Assembly: GCA_030390025.1 (NCBI GenBank)
Contig: CM059431.1
Span: 143,656,001 to 143,720,000 of the forward strand
Reading direction: 5' to 3'
Length of the DNA: 64,000 bases
Source: Squalus acanthias
Lineage: Eukaryota
In this document: in pieces, positions 39,903 through 52,600 of the stretch
How the letters are laid out: every line of letters starts with the position of its first letter
Position numbering within the stretch: the first letter of the stretch is position 1
Translations under genes and position numbers: made by a program
The notes under the pieces: generated by a model
Told to the model about the DNA's origin: nothing
Database searches by the model: none
What the model saw: the letters and a program-made list of their open reading frames with translations, nothing else

Positions 39903-40282
39903 ATGTGTTGTGGTTGAGAAAAAGATGAATTTTCCATGTCTTCCTGTCCTCTCTCTAATTCTAAAACTCTACCTATTTTCTTCTCTGAATCTACATTTGC
40001 ATTACATTTGCCTTTTAGTGGCCCCGTATTTACCTTCTGTACTTGCATATCTGTTTCTCGACAATTACTTTCACCAGACATTCCAGTTTTTGATGCAATT
40101 CATTCTTGAATTTCCTTTATTAACACGGGAACACTCCTTTCTTTGTTTCATGCACAGCTCTATGAGATGTACCTCTATCAGTGTGTCTCTGAACAGGAAC
40201 TGAGCTAAAACTGACCAGCAGTAGGACTTTGGAAAGTGAGACATTAATATGATACGATTTCTAACTCGGGGCTGCCATGAGC

Positions 40283-42680
40283 GCACGGTGGTACAGTGTT
40301 TATGTTACTGGGCTAGTAATGCAGAGGCCTGTGATAATGATCTGGAGACGAGAGTTCAAATCCCACCATGGTAGCTGAGGGATTTAAAATCAGTTAATCA
40401 AATAAAAGTCTGGATTAAAAAGCTAGTATCAGTAATAGTGACCGTGAAACTATCGGATTGTTGTAAAAAAAATCTGATTCAATAATGTCCTTGAGGGAAT
40501 GAAATCTGCCGTCCTTACCTGGTTTGGCCTATATATGACTCCAGCTCACAGCAATGTGCTTGACTTTTAAGTGCCCTCTGAAATGGACTAGCAAGTCACT
40601 CAGTTGCAACAAACCGCTATGAATAAGAATAAATCCGGACGGGCCACTCGGCTTCACACCGTCTACGGACACAACAACAGCACAGCCAGCCCAGTCGACC
40701 CTGCAAAGTCCTCCTCAGGAACATCTGGGGATTTGTGCCAACATTGGGAGAAGCTGTTTCACAGACTAGTCAGGCAACAGCCTGACAAAGTCATACTAAC
40801 AGAATCATAACTTTCAGCCAATGTCCCAGACTCCTCCATCACCATCCCTGGGTCTGTCCTGTTCCACCGGCAGGACAGACCCAACAGAGGTGGCGAGACA
40901 ATCGGGAAGGAGTGGCCCTGGGTGTCCTCAACATTGACTCCGGACCCCATGAAGTCTCATGGGCAAGTTAAACAGCCTGCTGATTAACATCTACCGCCCT
41001 CACTCAGCTGATCAATCAGTACTCCTCCATGTTGAACACCACTTGGCAGAAGCACTGAGAGTAGCAAAGGCACAGAATGTACACTAGGTGGCGGTATCCA
41101 TTGTCCATCACCAAGAGCGGCTCGGTAGCACCACTACTGACCGAGCTGGCCGAGTCCTGAAGGATATAGCTTCCAGACTGGGCCTGCGGCAAATAGTGAG
41201 CGAAGCATGGAAAACCCTTCATGACCTCGTCCTGACCAATCTACCAGTCGCATATGCATCTGTCCGTGGTAGCAGTGACCACCACACAGTCATTATGGAG
41301 ACGAAGTCCCGTTTTCACACTGAGGACACCCTCCATCATGTTGTGTGCCACTACCATCGTGCTAAATGGGAAATTCGGAACAGATCTAGCAACTCAAAAC
41401 TGGGCATCCATGAGGCGCTGTGGGCAATTAGCTGCAGCAGAATTGTATTCCATCACAATCTGTAACCTCATGCCCAGCATTTCCCTCATTGTACCATTAT
41501 CATCAAGCCAGGGGACCAACCCTCATTCAATAAGTTGTGCAAAAGAGCCTGCCGGAGAACCACCATGCGTACCGAAAAATCAGTTGCCAAACTTGGGAAG
41601 ATTCAACACAGGACACTGGAAGCAGCCTGCTATAGACAGAGCTAAGCGATCCCAAAATCAACGGATCAGATCAAAACTCTTCAGTCCTGCCACCTCCTGT
41701 CGTGAATGGTGGTGTAAAAATAAGCAACTAACGGGAGGAGGGGGTTCCATGAATATCCCCATATTCAATGATGGCGGAGCCCAGAACGTGAGGCTAAAAG
41801 ACAAGGCTTGCACAAATCTTCAGCCAGAAGTGCCGAGTAGATGTTCAATTTTGGCGTCCTCCTGAGGTCGCCACCATCAGAGAAGCTAGTCTTCTTCCTA
41901 TTCGATTCCATCACTTGATACCAAGAAACGGCTGAGCGCTCTGGATACAACAAAAGCTATGGTCCCCGACAAAATTCCGGCTATCGTGCTGAAGACTTGT
42001 GCTCCAGAACTAGCCACGCCTCTGGCCAAGCTGTTCCGGTACAGCTTCAACACTGGTATCTATCCAACAATATGAAAAGCTGCCCAGGTATGTCCTGTCC
42101 ACAAAAAGCAGGACAAATCCAACCTGGCCAATTACCGCCCGTTCAGTCTACACGCAATCATCAGCAAAGTGATGGAAGGTGTCAAGTCGTCAAGTGGCAC
42201 TTACTCACCAATAACCTGCTCACCGATGCTCAGTTTGTGTTCCGCCAGATCCACTGGGCTCCAGACCTCATTACAGCCTTGGTCCAAACATGAACAAAAG
42301 AGCTGAAATCAGAGGAGAGGTGAGAGTGACTGCCCTTGAAATCAAGACAGCATTTGACCGGTTTGGCTTCAAGCAGCCCTAGTAAAACTGAAGCCAATGG
42401 GAATCAGGGGAAAAATCTCAACTGGCTGGAATCATACCTAGCACAAAGGAAGATGTTTGTGGGGGTTGGAGATGAATCATCACAGCCCCAGGACAACGTT
42501 GAAGACTTGTGCTGATAAGCGGCAAGTAACTTTCGCGCCACACAAGTGCCAGGCAATCGCTATCTCCAACAAGAGAGATTTTAATCACCGCCCCTTGACA
42601 TTCAACGACATTATCATCACTGAATACCCCAGCATCAATATCCTGGGGTTCTCCATTGACCAGAAACTTAACTATGATGC
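40283..42680 (+). mobile_element. LINE (APE plus RT, decayed) with tRNA-like 5' head
   Basis: A/B-box-like tggtacagtg (40289) and gttcaaatc (40354); endonuclease remnants (VILTES, DLVLTN, SDH) and RT remnants at 41950-42450. Confidence 0.75.
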
Positions 42681-43305
42681 TCTGCTCATTATAATAGATT
42701 GATCTCTGCAGCCCAACGTCCCCCCTCCCATCAACCTCTTCATTATAAATGGACCAAACTACCTAGATGCATCTGTTTGAGGGGACAGGCCAGCATGGCC
42801 TGCTTATTACAGCAACGTTCATTTATATACCGCATTTAAATTAATAAAACGCCCCAAGGCGCTTCCAATGAGCGTAATCAGACACAAAAGGGCTAAGGAC
42901 CCAAAGAAGGAGACAGGTGGGCAGGTGACCAAAAGCGTGATCAGAGGTAGGTTTTAAGGAGAGTCTTAAAGGAGAGGAGAAATGCAGAGTTTCAGGGAGG
43001 CAATTTCGGTTTTTAGAACGTATACAACTAAAGGCACGGCTGCCAATGTTGGGGCGAAGAATGTGGAGGATACACAGGAGGAAATTTTTGCTCATCCTTG
43101 AATGTAGTGCAGACAAGCTATTTGACAACACAGAGACAGTGGAGGAGTTAAGAGAGTTGGTGGTGAGGTAGAGTTGTGTGTCTTCAGCATACACGTGGAA
43201 TCTGGAACAATAGCAAAATACTGCGGCTGCTGGAAAACTGAAATAACAACAGAAAGCGCTGGAAATACTCAGCAGGCCAGGCAACATCCGTGGAGAGAGA
43301 AACAG

Positions 43306-43342
43306 AGTTAACATTTCAGGTCGAAGACCCTTCGTCAGAACT
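43306..43342 (-). ncRNA. Minimal hammerhead ribozyme motif
   Basis: Minus strand AGTT CTGACGA A GGGTC TTC GACCT GAAA TG TT AACT; stem III palindrome ACGT altered to ATGT. Confidence 0.72.
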
Positions 43343-43444
43343 GAGAAAAAAGCAGGAAATGAAACAGATGAAAAAGCATGATTGGAGGCTGGGGGAGGGA
43401 ATAAATGAACAAAAGGGAAGGTAAGTGAGAAGTAAAGAGACAAT

Positions 43445-44208
43445 GGCACGAAAATTAGACCTAATACGCGAGAGTACGCACTGTGTACTCTCGCATTTTA
43501 GGTCTCCAATTGCCGGTTTCCTGCATGCACTGCGCATGCGCGGGAAACCGTCACTTCGTGAATTCAAAAGGGGGCGGTTCCTAAGTGAACCGCGTGCGCG
43601 CTACAGGCTGCGCGCACGCAGTGCACTTAGTTATTTTTTCAGTTTTGAACGCGCAGGTAAGTGTTGAAGATTTTACACATAAAGAAAGCAGGCGTAGGAC
43701 CCCCTTTTAACAAGGTAAGTAGTTCATTACGTGTTTTTAAAAAAAAATTTCAACAGGTTTATCTTTTTTAGCGACTTTAAAGAAAGGTAAGTTTATTTTT
43801 ATAACTTTTAAAAAGATTTTAAATTTTTTCAAAAATTAAATTTTTTGTTTAAAGTTGTTAATTTATTTAACTATACTTATTTTATTAATGTGATGGTTTT
43901 TTCTTTAATTTAATTGAGGTTTAGCTGTTCTTTTGGGGGTTTGTAATATTCATAGCTTTGACAGCTCTTGCCGTCAAAACGATGAATGAAAGATGGTGTG
44001 CTGCCATTGGCTCTAACTGAATCACGTGATCCCAGAGCTCGCACGAACTAATTGCGTCTCTGGGTCACGCAAGCACTGCACAGTTGCATGTGGCAGAGGG
44101 CTTGAATCTAAAGTTCATGTGGGTCCGGAGGAAAAAGGTAGGCGCGGAGTGAGATATCGCGGGGAAGTCTTACCCCCGCGGGAACGCTCACTGTTTAATT
44201 TCTGGGCC
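43445..44208. mobile_element. ~765-bp MITE (same family, opposite orientation to 20355)
   Basis: aat|ggcacgaaaatt...aatttctgggcc|att; empty site recognisable in the sister PLE at ~49805 (agagacattgagag). Confidence 0.85.
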
Positions 44209-45299
44209 ATTAAGAGATATTCGAGGTGAGACGAGATGGTAATAGGACAGGATAAGAAACAATAGATGGATCAAGATGAAGTGTGAAATGCGCTGGCAGA
44301 ATGAAAGACAGCTGCAATGTGGGAGATGGAAATAAAAGGAAAAGGCACAAACCAAAAGTGTGGATTAAAAATATATAAATATGGTAGGGGCAGAGGTTAT
44401 GATTTGAAATTGTTGAACTCGATATTGAGTCCGGAAGGTTGTAAAGTGTCTAATCGGAAGATGAGGTGCTGTTCCTCGAGCTTACGCTGAGCTTCCATGG
44501 AACAATGCAAGAGGCCGAGGACGGTGAGGTCTGAGTGGGCATGGAGCGGTGAATTAAAATGACAGGCGACCGGAAGCTCGGGGTCACCCTTACGGACTGA
44601 ACGGAGGTGTTCCGCAAAGCGGTGGAATCTGATGTTGTGTTTCCGGCTGATGTCGCCAAGGAGCAGCATGTAGATGCGAAATAGAAGGATCAATGAGTAT
44701 ACCTTTGGGGTTCGAGGTAACGGTCCGAGAGCGCGAGGACAAGCCATTGCAGGCTATTCTCTGGCTCAGACTGCATCGGTAAGAGTGGAACCAGACGAGG
44801 GCAGTTCCACACAGCTGGAAAATGGAGGAGAGGCGTGGAGAAGATTAGTGTGGTTAGCCGAGTCAAAGACGGAAAGAATGAAGAGGAATAATGCAACATG
44901 GTCACAGACACTGGGGATATAATTTGTGACTTCGTAAAGGGCCGTTTCAGGTGCTGTGCAAAGGAAGAAACTTGATTGGATAGATTGAAGCAGGGGACTT
45001 GCGGGATAGATGGACACAAATTTGGGAGGCGACAATAATTTCAAGTATTTAGAAAGGAATATGATGATGGAATGGGGCGGTAGCTTGCAAAAGTCAGAGG
45101 AGTCCAGGGTGGATTTGTCAGGAGTGACTAATGGCGGCAGATGTGAAAGCGAGGGGGACAGTACCAGAGCAGAGGGAACCGTTCACAATATCAGATAACC
45201 TGGGGCGAGGAAGAGAAACTGGATGGTCAGCAGTTTAGTGTGAATGGGGTTCAAGCAGCAGGAGGTGGTGTTCGTGGACAACATGAGCTTACACGATGG

Positions 45300-45800
45300 G
45301 TAATAGTGGAATTAACGGCAATACAGTAAGTGTTTAATTTAATTACAGGACAGGTAAAATTAGGGGAATGCAACAACTCTTTAATTAAAATAGAAGAAAG
45401 GAGACTTAAGGGGAATACAACAATTGCTTACTTATTAGTAGAATAACGGGTACTATAGGGAAGCACAGTAAATGTTTAATTAAAAATAGAGAACAAGGTC
45501 ATTTTGAGGAATGCAGCAATAATTTAATTAAAATAAAGTAAAGGTAACTTTACAGGAACACAGTAACTATTAAATTAGAAATAGAGAAGATGGGAATTTA
45601 GGGGAACACAGTAACTGTGTAATTAGAAACTGGGGCCCGTGGAACGTACCAGCAATGTATGTCCAAGTAGGTGACAGGGAAGACAGCAACTGTTGAATAA
45701 CAAAATTACGTCACGGGAATGTCCGGAAAACACAGCGACTGTACTGAGTAATAGAGAAATTAAGGGAACACGGACACTGTTGAATTAGGAACAGGGGGCA
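45300..45800. repeat. Degenerate AT-rich tandem repeat (~45-bp units)
   Basis: Recurring aggg(g)aacacagtaact..ttaattaaaatagag. Confidence 0.6.
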
Positions 45801-46853
45801 GGAGAATCCCAACCATATGGGACTGAATTTGACACGGTAATGTAATGGTTAACCTGTTCATTCTTTGCTCTCTATTTTACATGTTGATATTAGATGATGA
45901 GGTTGATTACACATCGCCTTCTCACGATTGTAACTGGGTGCAGATGCATCGCTGACTGATAGTATTAAAACCCCTGCCTGCTGCCTGACTCGTGACTTAA
46001 ATACTGTTGGCCGTCTGAATCCAGTTAAATGAGAATGTGCCTATTACACAGAACAGCCCGCAATTCAACACCACTTCATTCTGAAGCTGGATGCCAACCG
46101 GACTGGCAGAGCACGGGCTCCACGGGAAATGAAACCATGAGGGGTTTGGCATTTTGAACCAATGCAATATAACATTAGCAGATTCAGGACAGTCTGACTG
46201 ACCCTTACTTCATAAAAACCCCCTCTATTGGCGTTAGAGTATTTAAGGCCATCACAAAATAACATCCTAACAGCATCATATTTCTATCTCGACCTATTCT
46301 ATGGCGCAGATCTCTACCTATTATTTTTACACATGTTCGCACTCTCTGGAGCCACATTAACCATTTCATGTCGTGGTGATGTCAGCGTAACTGACCATGT
46401 CATGGACCCGTGCTCCGGGGCATTTCATCATACATATCACATGCTGGTTGCTTCACCTACAATACGTCACTTCTCCACACACATCATCCAGTACAAGATC
46501 CATCAAACGATCGGCGATCTGGAGTTGCTTCTTTAGAATCTCCCCTTGAATGGTCACAATTTTTCGTGTAGTGAGTGACCAAGCTATCAAATACATTCTT
46601 CTCATTGTTCAGTACAAGCAAGTTCACAACAATCTCCGAGAGAAAGTTATCAATTAACTATCTTAAGTAAATTTTCCTGAATTTCACTAGATTGTGCATT
46701 GACAACAGACTAGTATATTTTGGCGAGTGGTGCCCAGGGGATTTAAGTTAAAAAGATAGAAGCAGACGGATTCCATTAGCTGAGATATCAAAAACTAACG
46801 ACCATAGATAAAAGAAATGTCAGAGATATTTAAGTGAGGTTTGCTTTAATTTT

Positions 46854-48640
46854 TCATTTTTTAACTAAATTCAGAATGAATGTCCAAGGAGATTTCACCA
46901 CGTTCTTTAGCTCTTCCCTGAATTTAGTTTGTGTAGCTGTATAAATACATGTGTTTGTACAGGAACTCAAATACATGAGCATATATCCGGTTTCAGTGGC
47001 AATGTATGCAAGGGATATATAATCGCCTCGATACTGCGCCGTGTTTGTCAGTTTGGTAGTTAAAAAGCTGTCAGCCACAACACAATAAGACTGGCCGATA
47101 CACTGAACAGTAAAATGATGGATTTCCTTCGTTTCTCCATCTCGGGATCGCTCTGATTCTCACTGCTGTGACCCAGGAGTGCCCTGCGTGCTCTACTGGA
47201 CACCAAAATGCGCCGGACTGTCAAACAATTAAACAGAAATATCAATGCAAAAGGAAGCCATGGAAGTAAAATACTTTTTATCCAGCAGTATGCTACACCT
47301 GCAAGCGAAATAAAAAAGGTCACACTGTAGCGGCAACCCCACAGAACATTGTTACTTATTCGCTCAGTTTCATATGCAAACCAAAAGGGGATGTTCTCTA
47401 AACAGATCAGGACAGAGACCGTTGTTATAACCGCGGCCGCAGTTCTCACAGTGCAATACTTTGTTTTAAAGTTCTGACAACATATAGCTACAAATCGATC
47501 AAATGTGATGGAGACGGTAAACCACACCGACATATCCAGGGTAGCAGGATTCATACACAGAATTAACTTACAAACGGCAGTGTAGTTCAGGAATGAATGT
47601 GGAAAGTGATAACTGAAAGTTTGATACGCTATTACATGAAAGACAATGAACAGTAGATCTGCTGTTGCCATGGCCACCATGTAGACAGAAATACATTTGG
47701 AAAGTCCGCAGTTTCCTCTGGAGAGAATCACGATTGTCAGTAGGTTCGCTGTGAGAAAGAGGGAGAAGAGGTCAGTAACGGGGACACTCGGATAAATCTA
47801 ACAGCACATTGTGGGGATATGTTCTGAAGTGTCCCTACATAGGGTCATCGACACTGATTATTTCTTTATAAAATAGCGGATCGTTGGACAATTTGTTTAA
47901 AAGAGATAAAACATAGAACCCTGGCGATAGAGGGGCTGAATGTCGGCTATTTCCAGCAGTCAGACATCGTCACGTATTAAATATAATTTACAAACAATGA
48001 CTGGAAAGATATGAATTCAAATAATACATTCAGCTGAGACACAAACATCTGATGTAGGTCGAAACTCTGCGCTTTTTCTATTTCTAATGGCCCCGAGGGA
48101 GCTGCTCGGTAACAGAGCGGGAGCTGGAGGAGCCGCGAAGGTTCTTTACAGCCGAGGGGAGGGGAGCAGCTTCCTGAGCGGCAATTATTGCTCCAAATAT
48201 CATTCACAATCCTCTGATGGGTGGAGGTGGCTGCAGTACAAGGAATTATCAAATTAATCTAGACAGGGTACAACGGTACAGATGAAAGGATTACCATGGA
48301 CACTGAGCAACACATTCTTTCATGATCTATGTACTATTGGAGGGGCCGGAGAATCAGCCTCGCCCTCCCTCAGTACAGGGAGGAAGATTGAGCTCTGGTC
48401 TACCGACCACAACAGCGCCTCAGTGGCCGCGCGGACTGATACGATTCCCGCTGATATTCAGCAACTGAACCCGTTGAATAAATGACTCAGCAATGAGGAC
48501 ATGCTCGGAATTTGTTACATTAACACTGAGATAGTCAACAGCTATTAGGTAACAGGATGTATTGACTTACCGGGAACCGCAAAGGCTGCGAGAATAGGAT
48601 AGTAAATGTTGTTTAGCTGTACCATTGTTGGCAGTTCCAT
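46854..48640 (-). pseudogene. gpr139-like: Two-exon class A GPCR, GPR139/GPR142-like, copy 2; 10-bp frameshift deletion after TM6
   Basis: Exon 1 48640-48571 (MELPTMVQLNNIYYPILAAFAVP, G|gtaagt); intron 48570-47749; exon 2 from 47748; ORF 47060-47731 ends LWLTAF*, TM7 and C-tail continue in ORF 46854-47078; 10 nt shorter than copy 1 at ~47066. Confidence 0.85.
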
Positions 48641-48718
48641 TTTTGGAAGAATCTGCGAATTCTGTGCAGCATAACGGCACCGACTGGAGTTTAACTGAGA
48701 TCCAGAAATTCATCCATC

Positions 48719-48905
48719 TTTATAGAACAATCGCTGCCCCGGTGAGAAAATCAGGTTACCCTATAATTGGCGTTAGTTACAGTAACTTAACAAACAACAG
48801 GGGATTTTCCCCTTCGGGGCGCCCGGGCCGCCACTGGGGAAATTGAACAGCTCAGTCCATGAAATTCCGTCCATTAAAATCAATGAACGGAAAGTAATCC
48901 CAGAA
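48719..48905 (-). promoter_or_regulatory. Putative promoter of GPCR copy 2 (TATA, CCAAT, conserved upstream block)
   Basis: TATAAA 48724-48719, CCAAT 48770-48766, homologous to 8900-9085. Confidence 0.65.
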
Positions 48906-49614
48906 GTAATGTGCCCTACGCATGTCCCATAAACCCTCAAGGGAACAGTCCTCCCGGACACTGCGTTAGGATCTTGGAGTCTCACATTAATTCGATGAAA
49001 CCTACACTCATACATTGCTTAATTTAAATTTGTTATGTATTGAAATGATAACCACTAAGGACTCGGCTGTAACGTTACCGGCGAAGATCCTACACTAACA
49101 TTAAGAGTAATGACGATATTCTAACATGCATGGTAGTGAATCAAATCTAATGTTACTGGTGGTGACTCACTCTAACATTATTGGTAGTTAAGCTACTCTA
49201 ACCTATCATTAATAAAGTGGTGACTGTACACTAACATTAATGGTTTTGAATCTATTCACACATTAGTGGTGGATACCCGACTCTAACATTACTGCTGGTG
49301 ACCGTACTCTAACATTACTTTTGGTGATATTACTCCGACATTACTGGTAATGACCCAACTCTAACATTATTCGTGTTGCACCTAATATAACTTTACTAGT
49401 GTTGACTCTACACTAACAGTACTGGTGTTTACTCTACTCTTACATTACTGGTGGTGTTCCTGCTCTGACATTACTGCTGGTGACTCTACTCTAACATTAC
49501 TGCTGGGGATCCTACTCTAACGTTACTGGTGGGGACGCTAATCTAACATTATTGGTGATGAATCAACTGTAACGTTACTGGTTGTGAACATGCCCTAACA
49601 TTATTCATTGTGAC

Positions 49615-52600
49615 GAAATAACAACAGAAAACGCTGGAAAAACTCAGCAGGCCAGACAACATCCGTGGAGAGAGAAAGAGAGTTAACGTTTCAGGTCGAA
49701 ACCCTTCGTCGGAACTGAAAGAGCAATAAATAAACAGATAAAAATGCAAGGGGGAGGCTGGGGGGAGGAATAAAAGAACAAAAGGGATGGTCTTTAGTAA
49801 GTAGAGACATTGAGAGATGCTCAAGGCAAGACGAGATGGTAATGGGACAGGTTGAGAAACAAAAGGTAAGGTGTGAAATGCTGGCAGAATCAGAGACAGC
49901 TGCCGTGGGGGGAGAGAGAGAAAAAAAAGGAAAAAGGCACGGACCAAAAGAGTGGATAAAATGTATACATATGTGGTAGGGGCCGGGGTTATGATCTGAC
50001 ATTGTTGAACTCGATATTGAGTCCGGAATGCTGTAAAGTGCCTAAACGGAAGATGAGGTGCTGTTCCTGGAGCTTACGCTGCGCTTCCGTGGTACAATGT
50101 AAGAGGCCGAGGATGGTCAGGTCTGAGTGAGCGTGGAGGGGTGAATTAAAATGACAAGCGACCAGAAGCTCGGGGTCACCCTTACGGACTGAACGGAGGT
50201 GTTCCACAAAGCGGTCACCCAATCTGCGTTTGGTCTCCCCAATGTAGAGGAGACCACATCGTGAGCAGCGAATACAGTATACTAGATTGCAAGAAGTACA
50301 AGTAAATCGCTGTTTCACCTGGAAGGGGTGTTTGGGGCCCTGGAGAGTGGGAAGGGGGGATGTATAAGGGCAGGTGTTGCATCTCCTGCGCTTGCACGGG
50401 AAGGTGCCGGGTGAAGTGGAAGGGGTGCTGGGGGTGATAGAGGAGTGGACTAGGGTGTCGCGGAGGGAGCGGTCCCAACGGAATGCTGGAAGGGGAGGTG
50501 AGGGGAAGATACGTTTGGTGGTGGGATCACGTTGGACGTGGCGGAAATGGCGGAGGATGATCCGTTGAATGTGGAGGCTGGTGGGGTGAAAGGTGAGGAC
50601 AAGGGGAACTCTATCGTGGTTCCGGGAGTGAGGGGCCGGGGTGAGGGCAGAAGTTCGGGAGATGGAACGGACACAGTCGAGGGCCGTGTCGACCACGGTA
50701 GAGGGGAATCCTCGGTTGAGGAAAAAGGAAGACATGTCGGAAGCACTGGTATGGAAGGTGGCATCGTCGGAGCAGATGCGGCGGAGATGGAGAAACTGGG
50801 AGAAGGGAATAGAGTCCTTACTGGAGGCGGGGTGGGAGGAAGTGTAGTCCAGGTAGCTGTGGGAGTCAGTGGGCTTGTAGTGAATGTTGGTCAATAACCT
50901 ATCCCCAGAGATGGAGACGGAGAAGTCGAGGAAGGGGAGGGAAGAATCGGAGATGGAAAATGTGAAGGTGAGGGAAGGGTGGAAATTGGAGGCAAAGTGA
51001 ATGAAATTGTCTAGTTCGGGGCGGGAGCAGGAAACGGCACTGATACAGTCGTCAATGTACCGGAAAAAGAGGTGAGGGAGGGGACCCGAGTAGGACTGGA
51101 ACAAAGAGTGTTCCACATATCCCACGAAAAGGCAGGCATAGCTAGGACCCATGCGGGTACCCATAGCAACACCTTTGATTTGGAGGAAATGAGTGGAGTC
51201 AAAGGAGAAGTTGTTCAAGGTGAGAACAAGTTCAGCCAGGCAGAGGAGGGTGGCGGTGGATGGGGACTGGTTGGGCCTCTGTTCAAGGAAGAAGCGGAGC
51301 GCCCTCAGGCCATCCTGGTGGGGGATGGAGGTTTAGAGGGATTGTACGTCCATGGTGAAATGGAGGCGGTTGGGGCCAGGAAACTGGAAACTGTTAAAGT
51401 GGCGGAGGGCGTCAGAGGAATCGCGGATGTAGGTGGGAAGGGACTGGACAAGGGGAGAAAAAGTAGAATCGAGATAGGAAGAGATAAGTTCCGTGGGGCA
51501 AGAGCAGGCTGAAACGATGGGTCTAACAGGGCAGTCCTGTTTGTGGATCTTGGGAAGGAGGTAGAAGCGGGCTGTGCGGGGTTGGGGAACTATGAGGTTG
51601 GCGGCCGTGGGGGGAAGATCTCCAGAGGAGATGAGGTCAGTGACAGTCTTGGACACGGTGGCTTGATGTTCTGTAGTGGGGTCATGGTCCAGGTGGAGGT
51701 AGGAGGAGGTGTCGGAGAGTTGGCGTTCAACTTCCGCTAGGTAGAGGTCGGTTCGCCAAACAACAACAGCACCACCCTTGTCAGCAGGTTTAATGACAAT
51801 GTCGGGGTTGGATCTGAGAGAATGGAGTGCTGCAAGTTCAGAGGGAGGGAGGTTGGAGTGAGTGAGGGGAGCAGAGAAATTGAGCTGGCCGGTGTCACGG
51901 CGGCAGTTAGCAATGAAAAGATCTAGAGAGGGTAAGAGGCCAGAGGGAGGGGTCCAGGTGGAACGAGAATTCTGAAGGCGGGAGAAAGGGTCAGCCATGC
52001 GGGGGGAAGACTCCTGGCCAGAGAAGTGGGCATGGAGACGGAGGCGGCGGAAAAAGAGCTCAGCATCGTGCCGAGCTCGAAATTCATTGAGATGGGGGCG
52101 TAAGGGGATGAAGCTCAGGCCTTTGCTGAGGACTGATCGTTCGGAGTCAGAGAGGGGAAGGTCAGAGGGGATAGTGAAAACGCGGCAGGGGGTGAGATTG
52201 GGAGAAGGGGGGTCAGAGGAAAGTGAAGGGGAAGAAGGTTCCGGAGGGGCTTTAGTGTCCAAGTGTTGTTGAAGCTTGCGATCCTTGACATCGGAAAGGA
52301 AGATGAAAAGTTTTTTGTTGAAGCGTCAGATGAGTCTAAGGATGAAATGGAACTGTGGACCCGGACAGCTTTGAGATAGAGTGCGTCGGTGCTGCTGAAG
52401 AGAGATGTCAAGAGTGTTCATGTGGCGCCGCATGGCGTTGAGCATGGATCTCAAGATGCGGCGAGAGCAGTAGTTCGAGGAACGCTGAATATCTTGGAGA
52501 TATATGTAATCCTGGGTTGATCCGAAACACGAAGGGTGGAAGTTTAGTTGGAATCCACGTGGGATAAGTCGGAACCGGAGACAGTTGCTGAGGAAAGTAA

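Larger units (their letters stand above)
43205..44621 (-). mobile_element. Penelope-like 3' fragment (GIY-YIG end plus terminal repeat), hosting a MITE
   Basis: RFAEHLRSVR..LEEQHLIFRL..GLNIEFNN; homologous to 49615-50215; TSD-flanked. Confidence 0.88.
42820..45290 (-). mobile_element. L2-like LINE split by a Penelope insertion
   Basis: FHVYAEDTQLYL near 43200; L2 RT resumes after 44631; 10-bp TSD gtggaatctg at 43195-43204 and 44622-44631. Confidence 0.8.

Noticed and set aside
42841..43449. 202-aa ORF as a host gene
   Set aside because: Chance read-through across PLE terminal repeat and L2 sequence
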